Below are positions 1-8,985 of a stretch of DNA of 64,000 nt, piece after piece. The translations under genes and the position numbers were made by a program. The notes below the pieces were generated by a model. It was not told where the DNA came from, ran no database searches, and saw only the letters and a program-made list of their open reading frames with translations. Location: contig CABQHM010000010.1 of the NCBI GenBank assembly GCA_902464015.1, forward strand, positions 345 through 64,344. Reading direction: 5' to 3'. The stretch is from an uncultured Coriobacteriales bacterium (lineage in GTDB: Bacteria > Actinomycetota > Coriobacteriia > Coriobacteriales > UMGS124). The number at the start of each line of letters is the position of its first letter. The stretch's first letter is position 1.

Positions 1-65
1 CAAGTGCGGTTGCCCATCTCCTCCACTGGTCTCTGCCCTCTTCTCTGCTGTTTCTCGCAATTCTC

Positions 66-1397
66 ATGTTGCTCGCGCACGCACCCTATGCCGCGCCCAT
101 CGTAAGCCCCTCGTCTTTTTATCTTGCCTGCATGCTCGGAGCGCTCCTTGCGCTTGTGACGCTTCCCCTTCGCCCATGGGGCCGCCGCGCTCGACGCGCA
201 TGGTGCGTCGGCGGCGGCATCGCCCTTGAAGCAGCATGGATCATTCTGCTGGTTGCCGAACAGCAACGCTCTGCCGAGCTTTTGCTCCTTGGATCCGCCT
301 TGGCTGGATGTTCATCTGCATGTCTGTTGGTTCTTTGGCTTTGGGTAGATCAGGCAAGCGAGGCATCAGGCGAAATCACCAAACTTGCGGGAACATTCGG
401 CATTGCATATCTGGCGTACACCTTCTTTTCCGTTGTGCCCCATGCCGGCGTCGTGAGCTACTTGTTTCCTTTGCTCACTTGTCCTCCCCTGTTCGTGGAC
501 TTGGGAAACGAGCCGCCCAACGCCGCCGAAAACGCGGACTCTTCTCCTAAAGTGCATCCCCCCGTGCCTCAAGCCATCGCTGTAACGCTTACGCTCGCCT
601 TGTTCGGCGCTGGTTTCTCGGCATTGGGTTTCGGCGGACCTCAGGTCGAGCAGGGAGCCGGCTTACTCGCCATCCTGCTTTTCTGCTGCCTTCTTCCCTT
701 TGGCGGCAACATGCACATCCTTCGCATTGCGGCCGTGCCGCTCGTCGTGTTCTCACTGTGCTTGGGGGCTCTTGCGGGCGTTGGCAATGCTTTTGCTTTC
801 TTCCTCGCAGGATGCGGCTCGCTCGTTATCTGGCTCTTTCTCATGTTCCGTTTTGGATACGGCAGCCCGCGCAGCGCCACAATACGATCCATCACCCTGC
901 GCTTGCTGCATATCGGTGCCTCAGCCGGCGCCGGCATGATGCTGGGAAACGTCGTGTTTGGCGCACTGCCCATAGCCGATGCAAACCACGCCTTCGCTCT
1001 CGTGGCCGCTATCGTCGTGGCGGATTTCTTCTGGCAGGCAAGCAGTCTCACATGCAGGTCGGCCGACCGGAGCGCCGCCTATACCACCGTCGCCGGCGTC
1101 ATGGCACCAGCAGCGCATGTGGCCGACACGCAAGCCCCGACGGCCAGTGACGACTCCCAGCTTGGCTTCGACCCGGAGGAGACGGGGCGCGTCGCATCCA
1201 TGCTGGCCCTTTCTCCGCGCGAGGCCCAAGTTGCCGTGCTTCTTTGTCAGAGCAAGAGCGTGGGCTACATCTCCAAGAAGCTCGGTGTAGCCAACAGTAC
1301 CACCAAGACCCATGTGCGCCACGTCTACGAGAAGGCCAACGTCCACAGCCGCGACGAGCTTCAGCTCGAACTGGAGCGCCTACTTAAGGCGAAGTAA
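66..1397 (+). CDS. Membrane-anchored LuxR/GerE-family transcriptional regulator (polytopic N-terminal region plus C-terminal HTH)
   Basis: 443-aa ORF. The N-terminal two thirds are hydrophobic. The C-terminal LSPREAQVAVLLCQSKSVGYISKKLGVANSTTKTHVRHVYEKANVHSRDEL matches the GerE/LuxR HTH pattern. Confidence 0.8.
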   Translation: MLLAHAPYAAPIVSPSSFYLACMLGALLALVTLPLRPWGRRARRAWCVGGGIALEAAWIILLVAEQQRSAELLLLGSALAGCSSACLLVLWLWVDQASEASGEITKLAGTFGIAYLAYTFFSVVPHAGVVSYLFPLLTCPPLFVDLGNEPPNAAENADSSPKVHPPVPQAIAVTLTLALFGAGFSALGFGGPQVEQGAGLLAILLFCCLLPFGGNMHILRIAAVPLVVFSLCLGALAGVGNAFAFFLAGCGSLVIWLFLMFRFGYGSPRSATIRSITLRLLHIGASAGAGMMLGNVVFGALPIADANHAFALVAAIVVADFFWQASSLTCRSADRSAAYTTVAGVMAPAAHVADTQAPTASDDSQLGFDPEETGRVASMLALSPREAQVAVLLCQSKSVGYISKKLGVANSTTKTHVRHVYEKANVHSRDELQLELERLLKAK

Positions 1398-1631
1398 CGG
1401 GGGCCTCATTGCGACTGCTCGTACCCGCGCTTTTCGAGGGGACAGACAAGCGCCCTGCGCCTCATCTACAAAGAGCATCCCTTGCTCACAGGCGGCCTCA
1501 TGCAGATGCGAAATGGAAGGGTCAAACCCAAACGCTAGATTCTAGGCCGCATACGTCACCCACGCCAAACGTTAAAGCACAAATCGCAGCCATCGCCCGT
1601 CCCGAGCGCCATCAACCAGATCGATTACAAC

Positions 1632-1666
1632 AAAGCCCCGCAGGTTTCAATCTGCGGGGCTTTTGA
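1632..1666. terminator. Hairpin terminator between convergent genes (possibly bidirectional)
   Basis: gccccgcag-N8-ctgcggggc with an A-run on the left and tttt on the right, lying between the stop codons at 1397 (+) and 1753 (-). Confidence 0.7.
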
Positions 1667-1752
1667 CTTACCTATGAGCGGAATGACCCTCGCCATGCAT
1701 CGAGGAAAGCACCAGCACAATAACCGTGCGTCCCATCCAACAGCCACGCACG

Positions 1753-4700
1753 TTATGCGGTCGGCGGGAGCGCTCCAGGGGTGCCGGTGGCACCGGGAAC
1801 CTCGGGCGTCGCAGGCGTGATGGACACCTCGGGGGCTTCGGCGGCCTCGCGAGCCAGACGTGCGGTGCGCTCCTGCAGGTAGGCGGCCGCATCGCCAGGA
1901 TCGTCGTCGATGTTCTCGTCGCCCAGGTCGACCTCCTTGGGTACCTTGCGGTACAAGATGTCGTACATGATGGGCACGATGTAGAGCGTCATGAACGTGG
2001 CGTAGGCCATGCCGCCCACCACGACAAGTGCCATACCGCGCTGCATGGTGCCACCCACATCCTGACTGAGCACGAGCGGCAGCATGGAGAGAATGGTGGT
2101 AAGCGCCGTCATGAGGATGGGGCGCATGCGCGTGACGCCGGTTGCCACAAGCGCATCGCGCTTGTCGAGCCCTCCGCGACGCAGCTGGTTGACGTAATCA
2201 ACAAACACGATACCGTTGTTCACGACCGTACCCATAAGCACGAGGAAGCCCATAAGCGACAGGATGTCAAGCTGCTGGCCGGCGAGCAGCAGCGCCAGAA
2301 AGCCACCCGTAAAGGCCAGGGGCACCGTGAGCAGCACAATAAAGGGCGACAGCAGACTCTGGAACTGGGCGACCATCACAAGATAGATGAGCACAAGCCC
2401 AAGCAGCGCCATGAGACCCATCTGCCTGAGCATCGTCGAAATGTTGTCGAGCTCGCCGCCAAACACAAGCGTGCATCCGTCGGGCACGTCGTAGTCATCG
2501 AGCTTCTCCTGCAGCTCGCGAGAGAGCAGGGCGTTGTTCTCGCCGTCCTTGACGTCAGCCGTGACCGTCATGGTGCGTTCGGAGTTCTCATGCGAGATGG
2601 ATGTCGAGGCCTTGCCCTGCGTCACCGTGGCGACATCGGACAGCTTGAACGTGATATCCCCGATGCTGATTTCGCGGTTGAGGAGGTTCGCCTTGGTGAC
2701 GGGGTCGGTCTCGTCAACAATCGTCACTGAGACGCTCGTGTTGTTGACCGTGATGTCGGCGGAGGTCGCCTCGGTCTTAATCTGCGACGAAAGCGCCTGG
2801 TAGAGCTGGGCTACCGTCACGCCCTTCTCCGCAAGCTTATTGCGGTCGATGTCAAGCTGGAGCTCGTTGGCCGCGTCCTCCATACCGTTGTCGATGTTCT
2901 CATACCCGTCGACCTCGCCCACGATGTCCATGACGTCCTGGCTCATGTCGAGCAGCGTCTGCTGGTCGGGGCCCTTGAGGGTGATGGACAGGCCCGACCC
3001 CATCATGGAGCTCATCTCGTCAGAAGAAGAGGCACTCGTCAGAACCTCGCAGTCGAGCTTGCGCGTGTTCTTTCCAATCTTGTCCACGATGTTCGAGACC
3101 TGCTGCTCGGTTTCCACCGTATCGTCAAGCTGGACATACAGCGTGAAATGGTTGAACGATTTGTCAGAGCCCGTGGACCCGGCGGCGGAGGACATGACCG
3201 ACAGCATGGCATTGCCGTCCATAGCGCCCACCACATCGACGCCGTCGACATCGAGAACCGCGTCGACCACCTGGTCGGCCGTGGCGCACGCCGTCTCCTT
3301 GTCGGTACCCTCAGGCATGGTCACCTGGGCAACGATGGTCTTGCTCGACATCGAAGGCATCATGTTGATACCCATGCTGAACACGCCTGCGACCGAGAAC
3401 GCCAGCAGGCCCACGGCAACCAACAGCGGCAGGGCCTTGTGGCGCAGGAAGAACTCAAGCGAATTGCCGTAAGCGACGCGCACATGCTCGAACCAGCCCG
3501 GCTTGGCGGGTTTCATGCGCTTGAACATGTACGTGGAAACCGTAGGAACGAGCGTTAGGGCCACAAGCAGCGATGCGGCAAGCACATAGGCGATAGTGAG
3601 CGCAAAAGGCACGAGGAGCTGGCTCACAAGGCCTGAAGTGAAAATGGCAGGCAGAAACACGCACACCGTGGTGAGCGTGGAGGCCACGACGGCGCCCGTA
3701 ATCTGCTTAGCTCCCTGCACGGCGGCACGCGCAGGAGGAATGCCGCGGCCACGCAGACGGTAGATGTTCTCAAGCACCACAATCGAGTTGTCCACGAGCA
3801 TGCCGATGGCCAATGCGATGCCGCCCAGCGTGAGGACGTTGACCGTGAGGCCCGAGAAGTACATGAAAATGAGCGCGCACAGCACCGAGAACGGGATGGA
3901 GAACGCCACGACGAGCGTGGGCTTCACCGACTTGAGGAACAGAGCAAGGACCACGACGGCCAGGCCCGCGCCCATAACCAGCGACTGGAGGATGTTGCTG
4001 ATGAACAGCTCGATGTAGGAGCCCTGGTCGTACAGAGCGTCGATCTCGAGGCTGGAGTTGTCCTTCTCGAGTTCGGCAATGCGCGTGGCGCAAGCCTTCG
4101 ACACGTCGGAGGTTGAGGCGGTCGAGCTCTTGTACACCGAAAGCAGAAGTCCCTTGCCGTCGTTGAGGCGCATGTAGGATTCGCCCGCATTGTCGATAAG
4201 CGTAACGTCGGCCACATCAGAAAGCTTGACCTCGCCCACGCCATCAATGTCGGCAAGAACAAGGTCGGAGAGCTCGTCTGCCGAGGTGAAGCCCTCGCCC
4301 ACGCGCACGAGCCACTGGTCGTCGTTGGCGTCGCTCACATAACCGGCAGGCATAGCGAAGTTCTGGGCAGAGATAACCTGGGCCAGCGTTGACTTGTCAA
4401 CCAGGGCGTCGACGTTAGCCTGGGCAAGCGCCTGGTCGCGCTGCTCGTTGAACTGCTCGCGAGAAGCCTTGAGCTGGGCCGCCTGCTCGTCGAGCTGGGC
4501 CTGGGCGGCATCGATCTGCGCGTAGGCGTCGGGGTTGACGTCGCGTCCGCCTGCCTGATCAAGCTGGTCACGCTGGGTGTTAAGGTCGGACTGGGCTTGC
4601 GCGAGCTGAGCGTCGCCATCGTCGAGCTGTTGCTTGGCATCGGCCAGAGAGTTGTCAACATGTGCTGCAAGCTTGTCGTTGACGGCGTCAATCTTCTTTT

Positions 4701-5265
4701 GGTTGAGGCGCACCTCCACCGACTGCTCCACCGCACCGGAAACCGAAACGTCGGCGACACCGTCGATACGCTCGAACTCGGGAACAATCTTGTCTTCGAC
4801 ATACGAGGTGAGCTCGTAGATGTCCTTGGAGTCATCGCGCACGCCCAAGTAGACCGTGGCCATCATGTCGGAGCTGATCTCCATGTAATTGGGGCTGCCC
4901 GCGTCGTCGGGCAGCTGCGAGGAGACCTCGTTCACCGCCGAGGAAACCTTGACGAGCGCCGAGTCCATGTCGGTGCCGTCCTCAAACTCCAGGAAGATCA
5001 TGGAGTAGTTGTCCGAGCTCTTTGAGGTAACGTTCGACACGCCGTTCACCGTGGCGAGGCTGCCCTCGAGCACATCCGTAATTTCGGACTCCACCTCCTC
5101 GGCGGTCGCACCGGGGTCGGTGGTGATAACCGCCAGATAGGGCAGGTCCATCTCGGGGTACAGGTCGGTCTTCATCTTGGAGAGGGACACGCCGCCCAAA
5201 ATAAGGGAGACGATAACGGCCACAACGATAATGTAGGGCCGCTTGACAGAGAATCGGCTGAGCAT
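1753..5265 (-). CDS. RND-family efflux transporter permease (AcrB/SwrC-like) with coiled-coil insertion
   Basis: About 1170 aa. The N-terminus MLSRFSVKRPYIIVVAVIVSLILGG and two 6-TM-like hydrophobic blocks separated by large loops are typical of ACR_tran proteins. Start chosen at the ATG at 5265; an alternative lies at 5286. Confidence 0.9.
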   Translation of the reverse strand: MLSRFSVKRPYIIVVAVIVSLILGGVSLSKMKTDLYPEMDLPYLAVITTDPGATAEEVESEITDVLEGSLATVNGVSNVTSKSSDNYSMIFLEFEDGTDMDSALVKVSSAVNEVSSQLPDDAGSPNYMEISSDMMATVYLGVRDDSKDIYELTSYVEDKIVPEFERIDGVADVSVSGAVEQSVEVRLNQKKIDAVNDKLAAHVDNSLADAKQQLDDGDAQLAQAQSDLNTQRDQLDQAGGRDVNPDAYAQIDAAQAQLDEQAAQLKASREQFNEQRDQALAQANVDALVDKSTLAQVISAQNFAMPAGYVSDANDDQWLVRVGEGFTSADELSDLVLADIDGVGEVKLSDVADVTLIDNAGESYMRLNDGKGLLLSVYKSSTASTSDVSKACATRIAELEKDNSSLEIDALYDQGSYIELFISNILQSLVMGAGLAVVVLALFLKSVKPTLVVAFSIPFSVLCALIFMYFSGLTVNVLTLGGIALAIGMLVDNSIVVLENIYRLRGRGIPPARAAVQGAKQITGAVVASTLTTVCVFLPAIFTSGLVSQLLVPFALTIAYVLAASLLVALTLVPTVSTYMFKRMKPAKPGWFEHVRVAYGNSLEFFLRHKALPLLVAVGLLAFSVAGVFSMGINMMPSMSSKTIVAQVTMPEGTDKETACATADQVVDAVLDVDGVDVVGAMDGNAMLSVMSSAAGSTGSDKSFNHFTLYVQLDDTVETEQQVSNIVDKIGKNTRKLDCEVLTSASSSDEMSSMMGSGLSITLKGPDQQTLLDMSQDVMDIVGEVDGYENIDNGMEDAANELQLDIDRNKLAEKGVTVAQLYQALSSQIKTEATSADITVNNTSVSVTIVDETDPVTKANLLNREISIGDITFKLSDVATVTQGKASTSISHENSERTMTVTADVKDGENNALLSRELQEKLDDYDVPDGCTLVFGGELDNISTMLRQMGLMALLGLVLIYLVMVAQFQSLLSPFIVLLTVPLAFTGGFLALLLAGQQLDILSLMGFLVLMGTVVNNGIVFVDYVNQLRRGGLDKRDALVATGVTRMRPILMTALTTILSMLPLVLSQDVGGTMQRGMALVVVGGMAYATFMTLYIVPIMYDILYRKVPKEVDLGDENIDDDPGDAAAYLQERTARLAREAAEAPEVSITPATPEVPGATGTPGALPPTA

Positions 5266-5631
5266 GGGCTGGGCTTGTCCTTCCAACGATGCATGTGAGA
5301 GACGCCATGCCGAAGCAGGCGCATTACGCTAAACTACCCCGTTGACACGCGCCTCTGTCGAACGCCTGGAAACATCCCCACAAATTCTCAACTTACTGGC
5401 GGGGCCTCGAAGCGAGCCCTCCTTCTGCAAACATCGCCAAGCATGCCCCCAAGACCCTACTACGCCAACCCATATCGCTGATAGGGACTGTTCTTCTTCT
5501 GAGTGGGCCGGGTTTTGGCAGCGTCTGGGCAGCGTGCAATTTACACGTGCAAGAAGTCGGGCACATCGTTGAAGGCCTTGCCATCGTCAACGGTGGACAA
5601 ACAAGCCGAGCCAGTGCCCGACGAGCATCCT

Positions 5632-6510
5632 TTAATCCTCCACGGCGAAGCTGTTCTTGCCCGTGGCTTTCGCATCGTACATGGCGCGGTCGGCACGCTG
5701 GATAAGAGTCTGCGCGTCCAAGTTCTCGACCTTCTCCTGGTAGTACGCACCGACACTGAGGGTAACCCTCATGCCCCCGTCGACATCGATAGGCGGAATC
5801 GACCGCAGTCGGCACTCAAGCTCTGCCTCGTTTACATTTCGCAATGCGGCAACAAACTCGTCGCCGCCATAGCGTGCCAGAATGTCCTCGGCCGTAGGTG
5901 CCAGGGCCTCACGCAAGGCCTCGGCCACCCGAGAAAGCACTTTGTCGCCCGCAAGATGCCCCAGGCGATCGTTGATATCCTTGAAGTCATCGATGTCGAG
6001 CATCACCACAGAGAGCGGTGTGCCATCGAGAACCGAACGGTTGATGAGGATGTTCAGACGCTCATCAAGATAACGCCTGTTGGAAAGCCCTGTGAGGTCG
6101 TCGGTGTACATCTTGCGATTGAACGTGGTGACGCGATCGACAAACTCGTTGTTGCCGAACGCCGAGAGCAGCACATTATCGTTCGAGGCCATGACGACCT
6201 CCAACACGTATCGCCTGCCGTCAACCTCCACGGGTTGGGCCACCACATGATAGATGTCGTTACCGATGAACTCGAATTTTGAGTACCGTTCGCGCTCCAT
6301 GAAGCACCGCGCCGACAGGCAGTTCTCACAGCGGGCGGTCTTATTCCACACGTGGAAGCATCTGTCAGGCTGAGCACGAAGCTCGCCACCTTCAATGGTG
6401 TATGCCATCATGCTGATGGGGTCAACCAAGCGCACCACGTCGAACAGCTGAGACATCTCAGCCGCAAGCTCCTGGAAATGAGCTTTTTTATACTTCGGCA
6501 CTGCTTCCAT
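5632..6510 (-). CDS. Diguanylate cyclase (GGDEF domain) with Cys-rich N-terminal sensor region
   Basis: RYGGDEFVAAL active-site motif. The N-terminal CFHVWNKTARCENCLSARC carries four Cys. Start taken at MEAVPKYKK, preceded by a GGGGGA RBS. Confidence 0.85.
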   Translation of the reverse strand: MEAVPKYKKAHFQELAAEMSQLFDVVRLVDPISMMAYTIEGGELRAQPDRCFHVWNKTARCENCLSARCFMERERYSKFEFIGNDIYHVVAQPVEVDGRRYVLEVVMASNDNVLLSAFGNNEFVDRVTTFNRKMYTDDLTGLSNRRYLDERLNILINRSVLDGTPLSVVMLDIDDFKDINDRLGHLAGDKVLSRVAEALREALAPTAEDILARYGGDEFVAALRNVNEAELECRLRSIPPIDVDGGMRVTLSVGAYYQEKVENLDAQTLIQRADRAMYDAKATGKNSFAVED

Positions 6511-6638
6511 GAAACATCCCCCGCCCACGGTTTGACAAACGACGTGTATCTTAAACCCAATACCATGTGACAAAGAGGCATACCTGACCTTCCCATAGGG
6601 CTATCATTGCACCAACAAGAGGCGCAGGGAGGGTCAGC

Positions 6639-7424
6639 ATGCGTAGCGAAGACATCGCGGAACTGTCGGCAAGGGTGCTGCTCGCGTACTACAACAACGA
6701 TATCGAACCTTTCCTGGATGCATGCCACCCAAACGTGCTTTGGATTGGCCCCGGCGAAGGTCAAATTATTCAGACGCAGGAGACGCTCAGGAACACCTTC
6801 TATGCCGAGAAAAACAATCTAACGTTTGCGGTTCACGACCTCAGCGTCACCGCGCTTCCCACCGGAAGCCCCTCGGTCCTCGAGGTGGTCATGATGTTCC
6901 TTGTCGACACCTTCTGGCCAAATGGAGCAACCGGCCGCGTGAGCCAGCGAATCCACCTCAGCTGGGTAGGTTGTAAGGAGACGCCGCGCATTCTGCTGTG
7001 CCATATCTCAAACGCCATCGCATATGATGAGCGCGACACCATTTATCCCCTGCATTATGACGAGACCTTTGGGACAGAGATGCACTACGAAGGGGCTCCC
7101 GCCTCAGGCAGGGTCTGCCTGCGCGCAAAAGGGCACACGACGATGTATCTCGACCACGAGTGCATCATCTATGCAGAGAGTCACGACCGCCACACGCTGG
7201 TCCATACCTCCAGCGGTACCTACGAAGCCACCGAGTCGCTTTCGGCAATTGCCAAGCTCTACCAAGACTTGCTCGTGCGCTGCCATGCGAGTTACCTGGT
7301 AAACCCAGCTTTTATCTCAAGTATTTCGCGTTTTCAAGTTGAACTGCACGACGGAACAATCTTGCCAATCCCCGAGAAGAAATACACGACCATCCGAGCG
7401 CTTCTCGAGCAGAGGATGCACTAG
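6639..7424 (+). CDS. NTF2/SnoaL-like domain fused to a LytTR DNA-binding domain
   Basis: C-terminal HRHTLVHTSSGTYEATESLSAIAKLYQDLLVRCHASYLVNPAFISSI is the LytTR pattern. The N-terminal 120 aa are SnoaL/DUF4440-like. GGGAGGG RBS upstream. Confidence 0.8.
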   Translation: MRSEDIAELSARVLLAYYNNDIEPFLDACHPNVLWIGPGEGQIIQTQETLRNTFYAEKNNLTFAVHDLSVTALPTGSPSVLEVVMMFLVDTFWPNGATGRVSQRIHLSWVGCKETPRILLCHISNAIAYDERDTIYPLHYDETFGTEMHYEGAPASGRVCLRAKGHTTMYLDHECIIYAESHDRHTLVHTSSGTYEATESLSAIAKLYQDLLVRCHASYLVNPAFISSISRFQVELHDGTILPIPEKKYTTIRALLEQRMH

Positions 7425-7672
7425 AGAAACGGCAAAACCACTCAAGCAAAGTGGCAAGGATACACTGCGTGCCCTCCATGACGGCTATTTACAGCATCAA
7501 AGCGGGAGGAGCCATGGCAGTCGACGACCCCGATGGTCAAACGGATTGAAAAGCTACCGTGAATTATCCCTAAGCAATGGCCACCACGGCCAAGTATTAT
7601 ATCAAGCAAGTCCCAGCATCAAAGGCGCTGCGGCATCCGGACAGGCATGTCGCAGCGCCCCTCCTGCGATTT

Positions 7673-8683
7673 CTATCCCGCCCTACGCACGGTCGCGACG
7701 CACTTCTCGGGGTCATCAGAGAAGCGAAGGTACGTAGAGAGCTCGGACGTATTGCGAGCCTCGACACCGTCAAAGAGCGTGCGAGCGCCCAGGCCGAAGC
7801 CGAGTGTCTCCGTAGTGCCGGCTGCCACAAGTACCTCGTAGAGGCTCTCGTGACCAGGCAGGGCCCAGCGTCCGGGGAGATACTCGCCGAAGCCGGCCAT
7901 AGCAAGGGCCTCCCGCATGGCTGCACGTACCTGCTCCGCCTCCTCGGCGCTAGGGGTGCAGGCCGTGGCTGATACAGGTACGGCAAGGTTCGCCGCAGGC
8001 CTGTAATCCCCCAGGCGCACCTCGCTCGCGCCATAGGCCAAGACCACCTCCACACTCGCACGTGCCGAGGCGGGCGTCTGCCCCGGAATGCCCACGAGCA
8101 GCTCAAACGCAAGGTCCGCCTCGCGATCGGCCAGGCGCACACCATGGCCACACTCTGGCAGGGCACCAAGCACCATACGCGTCACGTCCATAGCGCTCGG
8201 ATCGAGCGCACGACCCAGAGCTCGCCACTCCTTGAGCGAACTCGTGGCGTAATCCATCACAATGCGGCTCACATGCCCGATGCGAAAAGCGTCCACCGAG
8301 GCAGCCGCCACCATGCCGGGTCGGGCACGAAGCACGATTTCGGCACCCGGTGCGAGGTTGAAGTTCTGGCACACGTCACGCAGAAGCGCCCCCAGCACGT
8401 CATCGGCCACATGCGCTGCCATGCCGTCGGTAAGCGCCACGGCCTGCACCTGGCAGTCGGCATAATCGGGGGCGCTGGCAAGCACCTCGCGGGCGAGCGC
8501 CCCCACATAGGCATGGCCATCCACCATGCGTGGGTCAAGCATGCCCGGCACGCCGTTGCCACCCGCTTCCGGCGAAAAGGGCATGCGCAGCTCGACTACG
8601 ATGGGACGCAAGCCCGTGTCCCTCGGCATCGTTTCGCAATCCACAACCCGCAAATCACCTTTGCAACCGCCGTTCGCACCCAT
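7673..8683 (-). CDS. HemN/HemW-like protein lacking the radical-SAM CxxxCxxC motif (paralog of 38402-39475)
   Basis: Family-like blocks VGIPGQTPASARASVEVVLAYGASEVRL and GFGEYLPGRWALPGH (HemN_C-like). The cluster-binding position reads VELRMPFSPEAGGNG with no Cys. The start is ambiguous: 8683, 8629 or further upstream. Confidence 0.6.
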   Translation of the reverse strand: MGANGGCKGDLRVVDCETMPRDTGLRPIVVELRMPFSPEAGGNGVPGMLDPRMVDGHAYVGALAREVLASAPDYADCQVQAVALTDGMAAHVADDVLGALLRDVCQNFNLAPGAEIVLRARPGMVAAASVDAFRIGHVSRIVMDYATSSLKEWRALGRALDPSAMDVTRMVLGALPECGHGVRLADREADLAFELLVGIPGQTPASARASVEVVLAYGASEVRLGDYRPAANLAVPVSATACTPSAEEAEQVRAAMREALAMAGFGEYLPGRWALPGHESLYEVLVAAGTTETLGFGLGARTLFDGVEARNTSELSTYLRFSDDPEKCVATVRRAG

Positions 8684-8744
8684 GCCCTCGCGCACTCCCC
8701 TCGAATCCACGCCCGTTTGCGACCGATGCCGTACAAAAAACCGA

Positions 8745-8865
8745 CACGTTTGCGTTTTGTTGAAAAAGTAGGAGGTACAGCCAAAGGCCGCACCCCATCT
8801 ACCTGCGATGATGCAATCACCCATTGAACGGATAGTCACCTCGCCGCAATTAAAACGCAAACATG
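8745..8865. repeat. 121-bp element with 14-bp terminal inverted repeats (copy A)
   Basis: cacgtttgcgtttt ... aaaacgcaaacatg. It has the same length and the same ends as 50193-50313. In-register internal matches: aggta, tctacctg.ga.gatg, gata. Confidence 0.7.
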
Positions 8866-8985
8866 CGGGATTTTAGAGCATTGGCGTGCCGGCTGCCCCG
8901 CCAATATCCGACGAAAGGGGTGCGGGCAGCGCGCATATGCACCGCCCGCACCCCTCATTAGCTGCTGTCTTACCCAGAGAATGCC

